Source of the DNA: a virus
DNA length: 64,000 nucleotides
IMG/VR virus record: IMGVR_UViG_3300022696_000117
Coordinates: 18,156-82,155 of that record
Strand: one strand, 5' to 3'
Position 1 is the first letter of the stretch; every line of letters begins with the position of its first letter. The position numbers and the translations under genes are program-made. Of the stretch, positions 18,980 through 28,116 are shown in pieces. Below the pieces are notes generated by a model, which did no database searches, had not been told where the DNA came from, and worked only from the letters and a program-made list of their open reading frames with translations.

Positions 18980-18985
18980 TTAAAA
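18887..18985 (+). other. attC recombination site
   Basis: R'' GTATAAC, 5-nt spacer, arm GAT[G]AAC[A]CGG[A]CAAGCAGGGCA pairing with TGCCCTGCTTGCCGGTTATC (three extrahelical bases), 6-nt spacer, R' GTTAAAA. Confidence 0.85.
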
Positions 18986-18995
18986 AAGAGGCATA

Positions 18996-19220
18996 ATGGC
19001 CGAGATAAAGCTATGCGCTACGACTAAGGATGGTCCGTCCATGCCAAGTGACCTGTCGGCTTGGACAGCGGACGAACCCTGGCCGGGTGGAGGCACCGTC
19101 AAGGTTTTGAAGTTTGGCATCGGAGATTCCACAATTACAATCTGGCCGGCTGACCCGGACAAAATTCATAATCTTAGCGCCAGGCTTTCCAAGATCGCTT
19201 ATGAGCTGAAAGGGGGGTAG
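18996..19220 (+). CDS. Hypothetical protein
   Basis: GAGG SD; 74-aa ORF. Confidence 0.55.
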   Translation: MAEIKLCATTKDGPSMPSDLSAWTADEPWPGGGTVKVLKFGIGDSTITIWPADPDKIHNLSARLSKIAYELKGG

Positions 19221-19225
19221 GGCGA

Positions 19226-19408
19226 ATGACCTTCGAAGAATGGCTCCGCACCCTCCCGGATGAATATCCTGCGGAGGGGTACATTTGCGGCTTACTGCGG
19301 ATGGCTTGGAATGCGGCCCTTTCCGAAAACGGTCATGAGTCCTTGACCAACCCCCACAACCCTGATAACTCAGTCTCTAATGAAAGCGAGACTGTGGAAA
19401 AGAAATAA
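19226..19408 (+). CDS. Hypothetical protein
   Basis: MTFEEW...AWNAA pattern common in small phage ORFs. Confidence 0.5.
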   Translation: MTFEEWLRTLPDEYPAEGYICGLLRMAWNAALSENGHESLTNPHNPDNSVSNESETVEKK

Positions 19409-20423
19409 CGGCCAGTATTATGCCCTGTGGGAGGAGGATGGGCGGACCCGGCAGAAGTCCCTTAAAACCGACTCCCTCAAAATAGCCAACCGGCGGTTGA
19501 AAAACTTCAACCGGGATCTGCTGGCCGGCAGCGTCAAGAAGCTCTCCCAGACAGTCCCGAAGGTCACCCTCGGCGAGCTTCGGGAAGCCTTCCTCAAATT
19601 CAAAGACGGCAGGGTGGCCAAAACCACCCTTGCCATCTACGAAACCTCTTTTGATCACGCAGAAAAAACCCTCGGGGAAGATATCCCCATTACGCACATC
19701 ACACAAAAGCGCCTGGAGCAGGTCATGGACGACATGATGGCGTCCGGGCTCAAGCCTCCGACCGTCAACAAGCACCGACGGCACCTGCGGACGGTTTTCA
19801 ACCAGGCCTACGATTGGAACTATCTGGAGAAGCCGATCAAGATGCCTAAGCCTCTGCGAGAGGAGGAGCGTCTCCGGTTCCTGTCAATCGATGAACTCAG
19901 AAAGCTCATCGATTGCATCGACGATCAGGAGTTTTTCGACTTCTGCATGTTGTCGGCCTACACCGGAATGAGATCCGGGGAGCTTCTGAGAATGATGCGG
20001 GGCCACGTCGACCGGCCGGAGGGTTTTCTATTGGTCACCTCTGAACAGAAAAACAAGGCGGACTGGATTATCCCGATCAATGACCATGCGAGGGAGATCC
20101 TGGACAGGTGCCTTTCCAGAAATCACGGACCGAGAGTGTTTCCTAAATGGCGGCTGGAGTGGGTTTCGAAGAAATTCAAGAAATATGCGAGGAAGTCAGG
20201 CTTGAAAGATTGTCGGTTCCATGATCTGAGGCATACCTTTGCAAGCCACCTTGCAATGGGTGGCCAGGATCTCCTGGTCATTCAGATGCTCATGCGCCAC
20301 AAGTCCATGTCGTCGACGATGGTGTACGCCAAGCTGTCTCCAGAACACCTTTCCAGGGCCAGCAACAGCCTTAACTTCGGCCCGATGCCGATACCTTCCA
20401 CGAAGAAGGACGGCAAGGCATAA
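19380..20423 (+). CDS. int: Phage tyrosine integrase
   Basis: N-terminal arm-binding domain; TGMRSGEL, KN, FHDLRHTFAS, LMRH, TMVY catalytic residues; adjacent to attP. Confidence 0.95.
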   Translation: MKARLWKRNNGQYYALWEEDGRTRQKSLKTDSLKIANRRLKNFNRDLLAGSVKKLSQTVPKVTLGELREAFLKFKDGRVAKTTLAIYETSFDHAEKTLGEDIPITHITQKRLEQVMDDMMASGLKPPTVNKHRRHLRTVFNQAYDWNYLEKPIKMPKPLREEERLRFLSIDELRKLIDCIDDQEFFDFCMLSAYTGMRSGELLRMMRGHVDRPEGFLLVTSEQKNKADWIIPINDHAREILDRCLSRNHGPRVFPKWRLEWVSKKFKKYARKSGLKDCRFHDLRHTFASHLAMGGQDLLVIQMLMRHKSMSSTMVYAKLSPEHLSRASNSLNFGPMPIPSTKKDGKA

Positions 20424-20476
20424 TGGAACCCAAAGTGGAAAGCATCCCCCAAAACAGCTGCTTCCAAGGTCTGTTT

Positions 20477-20550
20477 TTGCAATATCTTTGCAATGCCCAG
20501 AGATTGTGTTTCCATTGCAAATCCATTGCAAAATTTTTCCTATTGCAAAA
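20477..20550. repeat. TTGCAA/CATTGCAAA repeats; likely integrase arm-type sites (left arm)
   Basis: Five TTGCAA copies in about 75 bp between int and the core. Confidence 0.7.
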
Positions 20551-20597
20551 ACCTCTCAGATGGCTTACCGTAAATGACTGAATTGAGGGGTTATTTT

Positions 20598-20648
20598 TGG
20601 TACGCCCGGCAGGATTCGAACCTGCGGCCTACGGATTAGAAGTCCGTT
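20598..20648 (-). other. attP core: 3' half of tRNA-Arg(TCT)
   Basis: Minus strand ACGGA-CTTCTAA-TCCGT anticodon arm, GGTTCGAATCC T-loop, ...GGGCGTACCA end; D-arm and 5' acceptor strand absent. Confidence 0.9.
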
Positions 20649-20703
20649 CCAGCCCACAGCTGAAAACCCCGCAATTTCAAGTAATTCCCTAAAAATCAGA
20701 CCC

Positions 20704-20731
20704 TTGTAAAGCTTTCCCGGATGGGTAAAAT
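20704..20731 (+). promoter_or_regulatory. Candidate terL promoter TTGTAA-N16-TAAAAT overlapped by operator TTTCCCGGATGGGTAA (20713-20728)
   Basis: Same architecture as the 8525-8553 promoter. Confidence 0.55.
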
Positions 20732-20763
20732 GGACTAAAACGGGCCATTTCGGGCTCATTTTT

Positions 20764-20799
20764 CATTGCAAAACATTGCAATTCTACCCAAACGGGTAA
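20764..20799. repeat. Tandem CATTGCAA arm-type repeats (right arm) abutting operator CTACCCAAACGGGTAA (20784-20799)
   Basis: Same motif as the left arm, on the other side of the core. Confidence 0.65.
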
Positions 20800-20825
20800 A
20801 GTAAAGGATACCAGCCAGGAATAAA

Positions 20826-22661
20826 ATGGCCAAGTTCAACGCAGCGTATCGCAACGGCGGGGAGGGAATGACCCAATGGGTTGAGGATTTCGTTCGGATG
20901 CCGATCTATCCGGAGGGCAGCCCTATTCCAGTTTGGGTTCCCATGAACGACCTGCCTCAAGAGCCCAATCTCGACACCGGAAGGTCATACCAGACGATAT
21001 GGGACGCACAGAAAGACATCCTCCACGAGGCCCTCGCCATGAAAAACGGCCGGTTCATCCACCGGCTGATCGTCCTGTGCTGGATGCGTGGCGAAGGAAA
21101 GACCGTCATAGGGCCCTGCCTGATCAATCTGTGGAAATTCATGAACTGGCCCAGGCAGAACATTGTCCTCGGAGCCAACTCCAAAGATCAGACCAAGTTC
21201 ATCACTTTCGATATCATCCGTGACATGATTCTGAACAGCCCCAACCTGCTTGCGTTGGTCGGCAAGAAGAATATCCGGGAAAAAGAGATCCGGCTGAGAG
21301 ACGCAAAAGGCAACGTCGTGTCAACCATCAGAGCTGTCTCATCTTTTTCCGGCATCCTGTCGAACATCACCGGGTACGCTTTCAGCGAAATCTTTCAGAT
21401 GAACAACCCGGAATTTTTCCAGCAGATCGACGGATCCATCCGAAATGTTCCCAACGCGATGGGCGTCATCGACTCCACAGTGTCATCGAAGGACCATATC
21501 CTGTACCAGCTCTACGAAGCCGATCGTGACGGCCAGGACCCGACCATCTATTTTTCATACCGGTGCTCTCACGATGGCGACTATCGAGATTACTGGCATC
21601 CCAACCAGAATCAGAGTCAGCTTGACTCATATCGGGTGAAGTTCAAGGCAGGCAACGGGTTCAAGCGGTATTTTCAGAACCTGTGGTCTGCCGGCTCCGA
21701 AAAGTTTTTTCCGGAAGAGATCATCGAGGCATCCTATTATGTCGGTCTCTATGGGCGACCGAACGATTTCAACGGAATCAAGGAGCAGATATCCAGAATA
21801 CATGGACTCAGGCGGGAGATTGATGCTTTTGCCAAAAAGGATGTCGAGCTTGCTGATTTCAAAATCAGATTCGAGGTCGCCCGAAAAGAGCTTCAACCGG
21901 TTGAGGACATCTACCAGCTTGGTACGACCCAGGGCCTCCCGCGGCATTGTTCAATCGATGAGCTGGAGGATCTCTCCGACTTTTTCGATACCGATTGGGC
22001 CATCGCCGCCGGCATCGACCGGGCCGACCCGGGAAAGACCAGGACCGGGGCAAGAACCATGCTGTCCGTGGTAGGCAAGGGCATGATCGGCAGCCGATCC
22101 AATCCGCATCTCTGGACCTCGATTGCCAAGGACTATATCTATTGCGTCCTCCATGTGGCCGACATCGCAGATCATAGTTTGGTCGGCATCAAAGCCGAAA
22201 TCCTGAAATGCCACGAGGAATATGAAGGGGTGGATCTGGTATCGTCAGAACGATTCGGGCTTTGGGATCTGAAGGAGTGGGGTGAGGAGAACGACATACG
22301 GTTCGACCTGATATACCCGACCTTCGATCGCCAGAAGGACGCCTTCTACGAGTTTTTCCGGATCATGGATTCGGGCCGGCTCAAGATGCCGCGAGTGTAT
22401 GTCCCGGGGTCCCGGAGTTCGGACATTCTCCGCGAGGAGCTATCAATGTTCGAGAGCGAAATCAGATCAGAGACGCAGGGCTGGTTCGGTTCTCCTGAAA
22501 AGAAAAAGATGAAAGGCGTCCAGGACGATTTGGTCTTTGCAATGGCGTGGGCCGTCTACGGCGCCAGGGTTCTCACCGTAGACGACTTTCGGGGCAGGGG
22601 GGCAAAGGTTGAGTTCGGGGATTCTATTTCTCCGAGGGGATTGCTCGGAGCGTATGCTTGA
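20826..22661 (+). CDS. terL: Terminase large subunit
   Basis: WDAQ Q-motif, Walker A-like WMRGEGKT, IDST coupling motif, RYFQNLW, nuclease AAGIDRA and QDDLVFAMAWA. Confidence 0.8.
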   Translation: MAKFNAAYRNGGEGMTQWVEDFVRMPIYPEGSPIPVWVPMNDLPQEPNLDTGRSYQTIWDAQKDILHEALAMKNGRFIHRLIVLCWMRGEGKTVIGPCLINLWKFMNWPRQNIVLGANSKDQTKFITFDIIRDMILNSPNLLALVGKKNIREKEIRLRDAKGNVVSTIRAVSSFSGILSNITGYAFSEIFQMNNPEFFQQIDGSIRNVPNAMGVIDSTVSSKDHILYQLYEADRDGQDPTIYFSYRCSHDGDYRDYWHPNQNQSQLDSYRVKFKAGNGFKRYFQNLWSAGSEKFFPEEIIEASYYVGLYGRPNDFNGIKEQISRIHGLRREIDAFAKKDVELADFKIRFEVARKELQPVEDIYQLGTTQGLPRHCSIDELEDLSDFFDTDWAIAAGIDRADPGKTRTGARTMLSVVGKGMIGSRSNPHLWTSIAKDYIYCVLHVADIADHSLVGIKAEILKCHEEYEGVDLVSSERFGLWDLKEWGEENDIRFDLIYPTFDRQKDAFYEFFRIMDSGRLKMPRVYVPGSRSSDILREELSMFESEIRSETQGWFGSPEKKKMKGVQDDLVFAMAWAVYGARVLTVDDFRGRGAKVEFGDSISPRGLLGAYA

Positions 22662-23264
22662 TCAAAGCATTATTTTGAGTTCAAGTTCCGATATGTCGAA
22701 GGTATCAGCCTCGTTGCCGGTCAGAGAAACGGTTATGTAAACAGACGGCCAGGCTTCTGTGATTCCAGAGAAGTCGAGTTCATCCTTCCATAACAACAGG
22801 TCTTCCCATTCATTGACCGTCGACATCGGAACCCATGTTTGCGAAAAGATAGTGGTCCCAACGTCTCCTTCCATGCCCACATAGAAAGCGGGTGAGCCAA
22901 CATCAGTTCTTCTGCATCTGGCTCTTATTTCAGCTTTTGTGGCTTTTCTTAAAATTGATCCTGATATGCTGCTATACCGCCACAAGTTAAGGCTGTAGGT
23001 GTCGCTTGCGTTGGTGTTTATGGCCGTGGCGTAATCGGTGTCAACCGGTGCGTCGATTCCATTTGAAATCAACTTATACCTGTCCCCATCCAGGCCGACC
23101 GAGGCGGCGAAGTTTCCGCTCCACACTCCGGTAGCAAACGCACGAACCGGATTTTGCACAAACATCAGGGTTTCAATTGAAAGGCTTACTTCTGAGATTG
23201 CGTCTTCCATCCCGGAGGCTATTTCTCCGGAAATAACCACATTTCCTGATTCAGGCCGTATCAT
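22662..23264 (-). CDS. Tail-tip/receptor-binding-like beta protein
   Basis: Last gene of the structural operon; beta-rich. Confidence 0.5.
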   Translation of the reverse strand: MIRPESGNVVISGEIASGMEDAISEVSLSIETLMFVQNPVRAFATGVWSGNFAASVGLDGDRYKLISNGIDAPVDTDYATAINTNASDTYSLNLWRYSSISGSILRKATKAEIRARCRRTDVGSPAFYVGMEGDVGTTIFSQTWVPMSTVNEWEDLLLWKDELDFSGITEAWPSVYITVSLTGNEADTFDISELELKIML

Positions 23265-24373
23265 ATAACACCCCCATAAATCGTTACTTCGTTTGATTCA
23301 GAAAGATCGGTTATGTGGATGCCGACCTTGAAGGCGCCCTTCAGGTCCCAATCTACATCAGGTGATCTGTACTTGCCGGTTGCATCTTGGAACTGAGCGG
23401 TCCCCATGGCTGATCGCTTGGTCGTCAAAACATCCAGATCCTGAACGCTGCCGGAGTGTGTGACTGTCAATTTCGGATAATATGAAACATTGTCTATGTA
23501 AAACTCGGTCAAACCCAACATGCTTAAAAACGGTTCAGGCTGGAGGTATATCCATACCGAAGCATCTCTGACCCACTCAGGCCTGTCTACTGCCGCCTGG
23601 ACGGCTGCGGCCACATTAGGTGACGTCTCCCATGTTCCGTTGGTGCCTGGCGACAAATCCCAATCAACTCCTGTCGAAGATTCTGCAAGCGCCATGAAGG
23701 CGAAAGCCCTGTCTTTGTCGGTTCCGTTCGCGCTCAGGACGGCTTCTACTTGCTTTTCGGTGAACGCATATACTTTGAGATTTTGCGCGTGGCCCCCGTA
23801 GCTGGCCGCCAGCCTTAAATCGATGGTGGCGGAATCTATCGTGGTTCCCCTTTCGGCGTCTATCGCCGGAAACTTTAGAAGCTGCGTTACCGTTTCGCTG
23901 TCTCCGTCTGCGGACTTTTCGCCAACCCATGCGTTTCCTGGGTAAATAACGTAATCTTCCCATACAGCGGCTTCGAGTGTACCTCCGTCTGGGTACATTG
24001 CGCCGTACTCGTGTCGATCCGAGTATTCCTGCTCCATGGTCCCGCCGCCGGTTTTTATCATAGAGACGATTGGCGTCATGTCCACGGATCCATCTATTTG
24101 GCTATGAACAGGGGAAACGACCAGAGACGACTTGTCCCCTACCGGCAGCATATTGTCGACCAGGTCGTCAGGCAGGCTGGAAAGGTCGACCGTGTCGGGG
24201 CTCGAAACCTCGACAGTAATTCCCCTGATCTTTTTCATCTCAGCAGCTCGGCTTGCGATATCAACCACCTGGATGTATCGAAGGTTCTGGTACTCATCCC
24301 TCTCGTTGGCAAGCCGTGTTGCAACGATGTCGCCAATGTCTGCTTCTTTAACCTTGACTCCGTATTCCATCAC
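23261..24373 (-). CDS. Virion protein with a central DNRLRE-like beta-sandwich
   Basis: LLKFPAI...GTTIDSATIDL...NVAAAVQAAVDRPEW...PKLTVT. Confidence 0.55.
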   Translation of the reverse strand: MMEYGVKVKEADIGDIVATRLANERDEYQNLRYIQVVDIASRAAEMKKIRGITVEVSSPDTVDLSSLPDDLVDNMLPVGDKSSLVVSPVHSQIDGSVDMTPIVSMIKTGGGTMEQEYSDRHEYGAMYPDGGTLEAAVWEDYVIYPGNAWVGEKSADGDSETVTQLLKFPAIDAERGTTIDSATIDLRLAASYGGHAQNLKVYAFTEKQVEAVLSANGTDKDRAFAFMALAESSTGVDWDLSPGTNGTWETSPNVAAAVQAAVDRPEWVRDASVWIYLQPEPFLSMLGLTEFYIDNVSYYPKLTVTHSGSVQDLDVLTTKRSAMGTAQFQDATGKYRSPDVDWDLKGAFKVGIHITDLSESNEVTIYGGVI

Positions 24374-24380
24374 AATCTCC

Positions 24381-25430
24381 TTATTCTTCCGGTTCTTCCG
24401 TCTGGATGTCTATTAGGTCGACCGAGCCCAGTATCGGCGCCATGAGTTGGGCCTGCCTTGGAGCGTTTGGGTCAGGTGGGTAGGCTCGGTACGGCGTTGC
24501 GAGAGCAATCAGGTCTACGAGCATCTGTGACATGTCTGGGGAGTAGTCCACTTTATATGGCGGTTCGTCGTTGTCGTCGTCAGGGTCCATATTAACCGCC
24601 TGCGGTTCTCCGAAGATGCGGCTCCCTGCGATAATATTGCTGGTTCCGCCTATAGCAGGGTTGGTCATTGACCCGTCCATTTGCTGAACCGCATATACTC
24701 CAGACATGGGAGAATACCCCCATGAGAAAGCAAGATATGCGTAGTCCATAGGGGCGGGGTTCATTGGAACATAGTCAGCTTGAGACTTGCCTTCTATGTT
24801 GGTTGTCGAACGGTATGTGCCTGGGTGGTCTGGAAAATCTGTGTGCCCGAGAAGTATGCGCAGGCCCCTGTCGTAGGCGTTGTTTTGCGGAAATCGCGGA
24901 TCGTATGAATATTGAATGTTGTTATACTCAAAACGGAACAGCGTGTCCCCTGACATTGTGAATTCGTATGTGAATATTCTTTCCGGGAAAGTTTTTGTTC
25001 TCCATTTTGTTATCGGCACGTCGTCCTTCAGGTTCCACATTTGGGCGTAGGCGGTTTCGACCCAATTCCCTCCTGGGTCTGTGTATATCGCCAAGGCTCC
25101 AAAGATGGCGACCCTAATTCGGCACGGCTTTACGTCTTTCACGAAACCGACCACCTCAAAAGTTTTTACGCCAACTGACGCCCTGTGTCTGTACGCCAGG
25201 ACCAAGACCCTGTCTCCGGCGTTGAAGGCAGACCAGCCGTTATCAACCACCTGCTGGCCCTCGCAGTGGTAGAATATGGGAACGTCAGCCTCTTCTCCAT
25301 GATCATCTATATTTACGACTGCGGTTTTCGTGTCGCCATCGACTGAAACGATTGTGCCCTGTTTCATTGCGGCGTCGAAAACGTCGGTTACATTGTTTCC
25401 GAAGTCGATATATTCGTGCTGTTCAGCCAT
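24381..25430 (-). CDS. Tail-tip protein with N-terminal OB-fold-like region
   Basis: QGTIVSVD...AVVNI...DVPIFYHC...AFNAGDRVLV. Confidence 0.55.
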   Translation of the reverse strand: MAEQHEYIDFGNNVTDVFDAAMKQGTIVSVDGDTKTAVVNIDDHGEEADVPIFYHCEGQQVVDNGWSAFNAGDRVLVLAYRHRASVGVKTFEVVGFVKDVKPCRIRVAIFGALAIYTDPGGNWVETAYAQMWNLKDDVPITKWRTKTFPERIFTYEFTMSGDTLFRFEYNNIQYSYDPRFPQNNAYDRGLRILLGHTDFPDHPGTYRSTTNIEGKSQADYVPMNPAPMDYAYLAFSWGYSPMSGVYAVQQMDGSMTNPAIGGTSNIIAGSRIFGEPQAVNMDPDDDNDEPPYKVDYSPDMSQMLVDLIALATPYRAYPPDPNAPRQAQLMAPILGSVDLIDIQTEEPEE

Positions 25431-26749
25431 CAAGCGCCTTCCCAACCGATTTTCATCGGGATGATTACATAATTCGATTTTGCCGGGTCCAGGGCAGAGC
25501 CTTCAGGAGCGTCCGCGGTAAAGCCGAAGGTGTTGGCCCAATGGACCGTTCCGTCTTTGGCTCGAATGACCGAAAAGCCGGTCTCCTTAAACTCAGGCCG
25601 GATCATATTTGCAAAATGCCTTGGAGACGCAAGCCACCCACCGAAAACACTTTCAGCGTCGTTGAAACCCTTGGCCAGATTTTCGCCAGTCCCCATTTCC
25701 TGTGCGTTCATTCCGTATCCTGTCGCTGTTATCCGCTCCTGCGAGCTTGATCCGTCAGAGCCTGTGTGCCCTATAAAGCTATTGGATACCATATCCTTGC
25801 AGTGGTTCTGAGCGGCAGACGCAAGGTTGGTATTGATGCTTAGTCTTCCCACGCCATGTTCTTCACGCAGGGCGTTGATCAAATTCAGCAGAATCCTCGT
25901 TTGACTCCTAAGCGCCGAGTCGTCTTCACCTGAATATTCAACCTGCCCGAGGTCGCAATTCAGATCGCATGAATCTTGAGCGCTCATGAGAAAAACCCAA
26001 TCTCCGACCTCGTAGTCAACATGGTCCGATGCCCTGCATGCGTAGAGGACGCCTTCTACCTCGACGATATAGTAGATGGTCGTTGAGTCGTAATCCCCCC
26101 TGACCTCTTTGACAACTCCACCCGTGATTGAGCACGTCCGATAGTATTTTTTCCCGCAGACGACCTCTTTTTCCCTTTTACCATCGGTAAAAAAAAGGTG
26201 GGCCCTGGCTTCCATTCCCGGGACCATTATGCCGTTGTCCAGAACGTCGTATTCCTGTGGCGGTATTTTATAGGATTTGCAGTCCGTCCTCTCGTTTTTG
26301 TCTACCTCTGTCCTCGGCACTCCGTTTCGGCTGCCCGACTTGTAGGTTTCCGCAAACAGCTCTCCACTGGTGTCATCAAGCCCCTTGTGCCCTGTCACAA
26401 CCGTTCTGAACCATTGGCAATGATACGGCCGGTAGACATCGATATGGGGGTACGGCTCCAGCGACGTGACGGCCCCGCTTATCGGGTGGAATGTCTCAGG
26501 GTCTCTGGCGATGCTGATGCACTCTTCCAGGACGTCGCAATTGAAAGGCTCGTAATCGGCCGAGTTCGGTAGCCTGACGATCACCCTGTTCCTTTCGATT
26601 TCCATTTCCGGATCTCGAATCGCCAAGGTGATCAGTTTTTTTTCTTCGCTGACGCTTGCACCCTTTCCGCAATTCTGACCGGATGGTTCTGCATAGCAGG
26701 AGCCCGGGACAGTTCCGCACAGGGGGATGTATATCTTCCTGCTTCCCAT
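25430..26749 (-). CDS. Tail-module protein with a CAP (SCP/Tpx-1) domain
   Basis: LINALREEHG..L...L..AAQNHCKDM....HTGSDGS...GENLA...WLASPRHFANM. Confidence 0.8.
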   Translation of the reverse strand: MGSRKIYIPLCGTVPGSCYAEPSGQNCGKGASVSEEKKLITLAIRDPEMEIERNRVIVRLPNSADYEPFNCDVLEECISIARDPETFHPISGAVTSLEPYPHIDVYRPYHCQWFRTVVTGHKGLDDTSGELFAETYKSGSRNGVPRTEVDKNERTDCKSYKIPPQEYDVLDNGIMVPGMEARAHLFFTDGKREKEVVCGKKYYRTCSITGGVVKEVRGDYDSTTIYYIVEVEGVLYACRASDHVDYEVGDWVFLMSAQDSCDLNCDLGQVEYSGEDDSALRSQTRILLNLINALREEHGVGRLSINTNLASAAQNHCKDMVSNSFIGHTGSDGSSSQERITATGYGMNAQEMGTGENLAKGFNDAESVFGGWLASPRHFANMIRPEFKETGFSVIRAKDGTVHWANTFGFTADAPEGSALDPAKSNYVIIPMKIGWEGA

Positions 26750-28116
26750 TATTCTTCGTCTTCTTTCGGCTCAGGTATCGTTACCTGATAGGTAGCCGAT
26801 TTGCCGTCTTTGTCGGCTGAAACCTGATAGGTAGCCTTCGGCGTCAAAAGCCCCACCCCGCACGAACCATCTGTTCCGGTAACGAAGGTCTGGCCTCCTA
26901 TCCTTACTGTGGCCCCCGGGACCGGCGAATTTTCGCTGCAATCCCATACCACGACCACGTCGTATTCTTCAGGGCCGAGCGATTTTTCGTCGGTGAAGTT
27001 GACCGTAAGAGAGGCGCTTTGATCTCCCTGCACCGCCACCACGAGGGCCGGCACAGGCCCTATATCAGGATCTCCTAGGTCGCCTATTCTTTCGTCAACT
27101 ACCAGGCTCCACCGGTCGAACTTGACGAAATAGTAGACCTTGAGGATCGCCGTAATTTTTTCAGGGACTGTTATTTCTGCGCCGCTAAACCTGGGAGATA
27201 CTCCAGGATCTCTTCCGATCCACTCCCATCCCTGGATACCTGAAGGCGTTGAGGAGAGGGACGCTGAAGGTGCGTTGCCGAACTGGACGTCCTGTTCGAT
27301 CGGCATCTTGCTCCTTACACCGCTCCCTTCGGGCCTCAGCCTGCCCCAGGTAGACCTCATCGTGTAGTCTTCCCGGGTTGCCTTAAAAACCCGAATGTAT
27401 GCCTTTTCTCCGAAGACAAATTCCGACTTTACGGTGGGCTCCGCTTCCGGGTCTTCAGGATCAGGAGGCTCTACGTTCATGTCTTCGTCAAGGGCGAGGG
27501 ACAGGCTTCCGTGCGTCTCATCAGCACTGCCATCTGAAAAGTTCACCGTAAGGTTCGCTTTTTGGCTTCCCTGTATCGCAATGACCAGGGACGGCATGGC
27601 ATCCTCATCGCCTATGCCGAGGCCGCCGGTTCCGTTGTCGACCTTCAGGCTCCAGCGATCGAATCGAACAAGATATTTAACCCTCAAAACTCCTATCGTC
27701 GGTTTCTCAAGGGTTGCAACCGCCTCTGTGAACGACGGCTCGAATCCAGGGTCTGTCCCGACCCATTCCCACCCCTGGATTGTTGACGGAACAGCCGAAA
27801 GAGACCCCTCAAAGGTTTGGGTGAATACGATGTCTTCCGTTATGGGCGTTTTGCTTTCGACCTCTTCTTTTTCGAGCTTGAGCGTCCCCCATGTCGTGAG
27901 CATGGTATACGGATCTGTATTCGGTCTGGTGACCTTGATGTATGCCTTTTCTCCGAAAGCGAACTCAGACTTTATTGTGGGCTCTCCCCCTGGTTCGGCA
28001 GCCGGTTCAAGATTCATGTCCTCGTCGAGCGCGAGAGCGATAGACTTTTCTCCTCCGGCCTCTCCCTCTATCCCGAATTGCACCTCAAGTGTGGCTGATA
28101 CTTTGTCTGCGCCCAT
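26749..28116 (-). CDS. Tail protein with an internal tandem duplication
   Basis: Two ~180-aa repeats (LALDEDMNxEP...KSEFxFGEKAYI...IQGWEWxGxDPG...FDRWSL...LTVNF). Confidence 0.7.
   Translation of the reverse strand: MGADKVSATLEVQFGIEGEAGGEKSIALALDEDMNLEPAAEPGGEPTIKSEFAFGEKAYIKVTRPNTDPYTMLTTWGTLKLEKEEVESKTPITEDIVFTQTFEGSLSAVPSTIQGWEWVGTDPGFEPSFTEAVATLEKPTIGVLRVKYLVRFDRWSLKVDNGTGGLGIGDEDAMPSLVIAIQGSQKANLTVNFSDGSADETHGSLSLALDEDMNVEPPDPEDPEAEPTVKSEFVFGEKAYIRVFKATREDYTMRSTWGRLRPEGSGVRSKMPIEQDVQFGNAPSASLSSTPSGIQGWEWIGRDPGVSPRFSGAEITVPEKITAILKVYYFVKFDRWSLVVDERIGDLGDPDIGPVPALVVAVQGDQSASLTVNFTDEKSLGPEEYDVVVVWDCSENSPVPGATVRIGGQTFVTGTDGSCGVGLLTPKATYQVSADKDGKSATYQVTIPEPKEDEE

Noticed and set aside
19380-20423. 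Integron integrase for the neighbouring attC
   Set aside because: No IntI-specific insertion is visible. It has an arm-binding N-terminus, flanking arm repeats and a tRNA att core, so it is a phage integrase.
20598-20670. Functional tRNA-Arg gene
   Set aside because: Only the anticodon arm to CCA is present; the 5' acceptor strand and D-arm are missing, so it is treated as the attP core.
22662-28116. Diversity-generating retroelement or shufflon acting on tail genes
   Set aside because: No reverse transcriptase in the window. The repeats are in-frame domain duplications without adenine-specific differences or inverted crossover sites that I could see.
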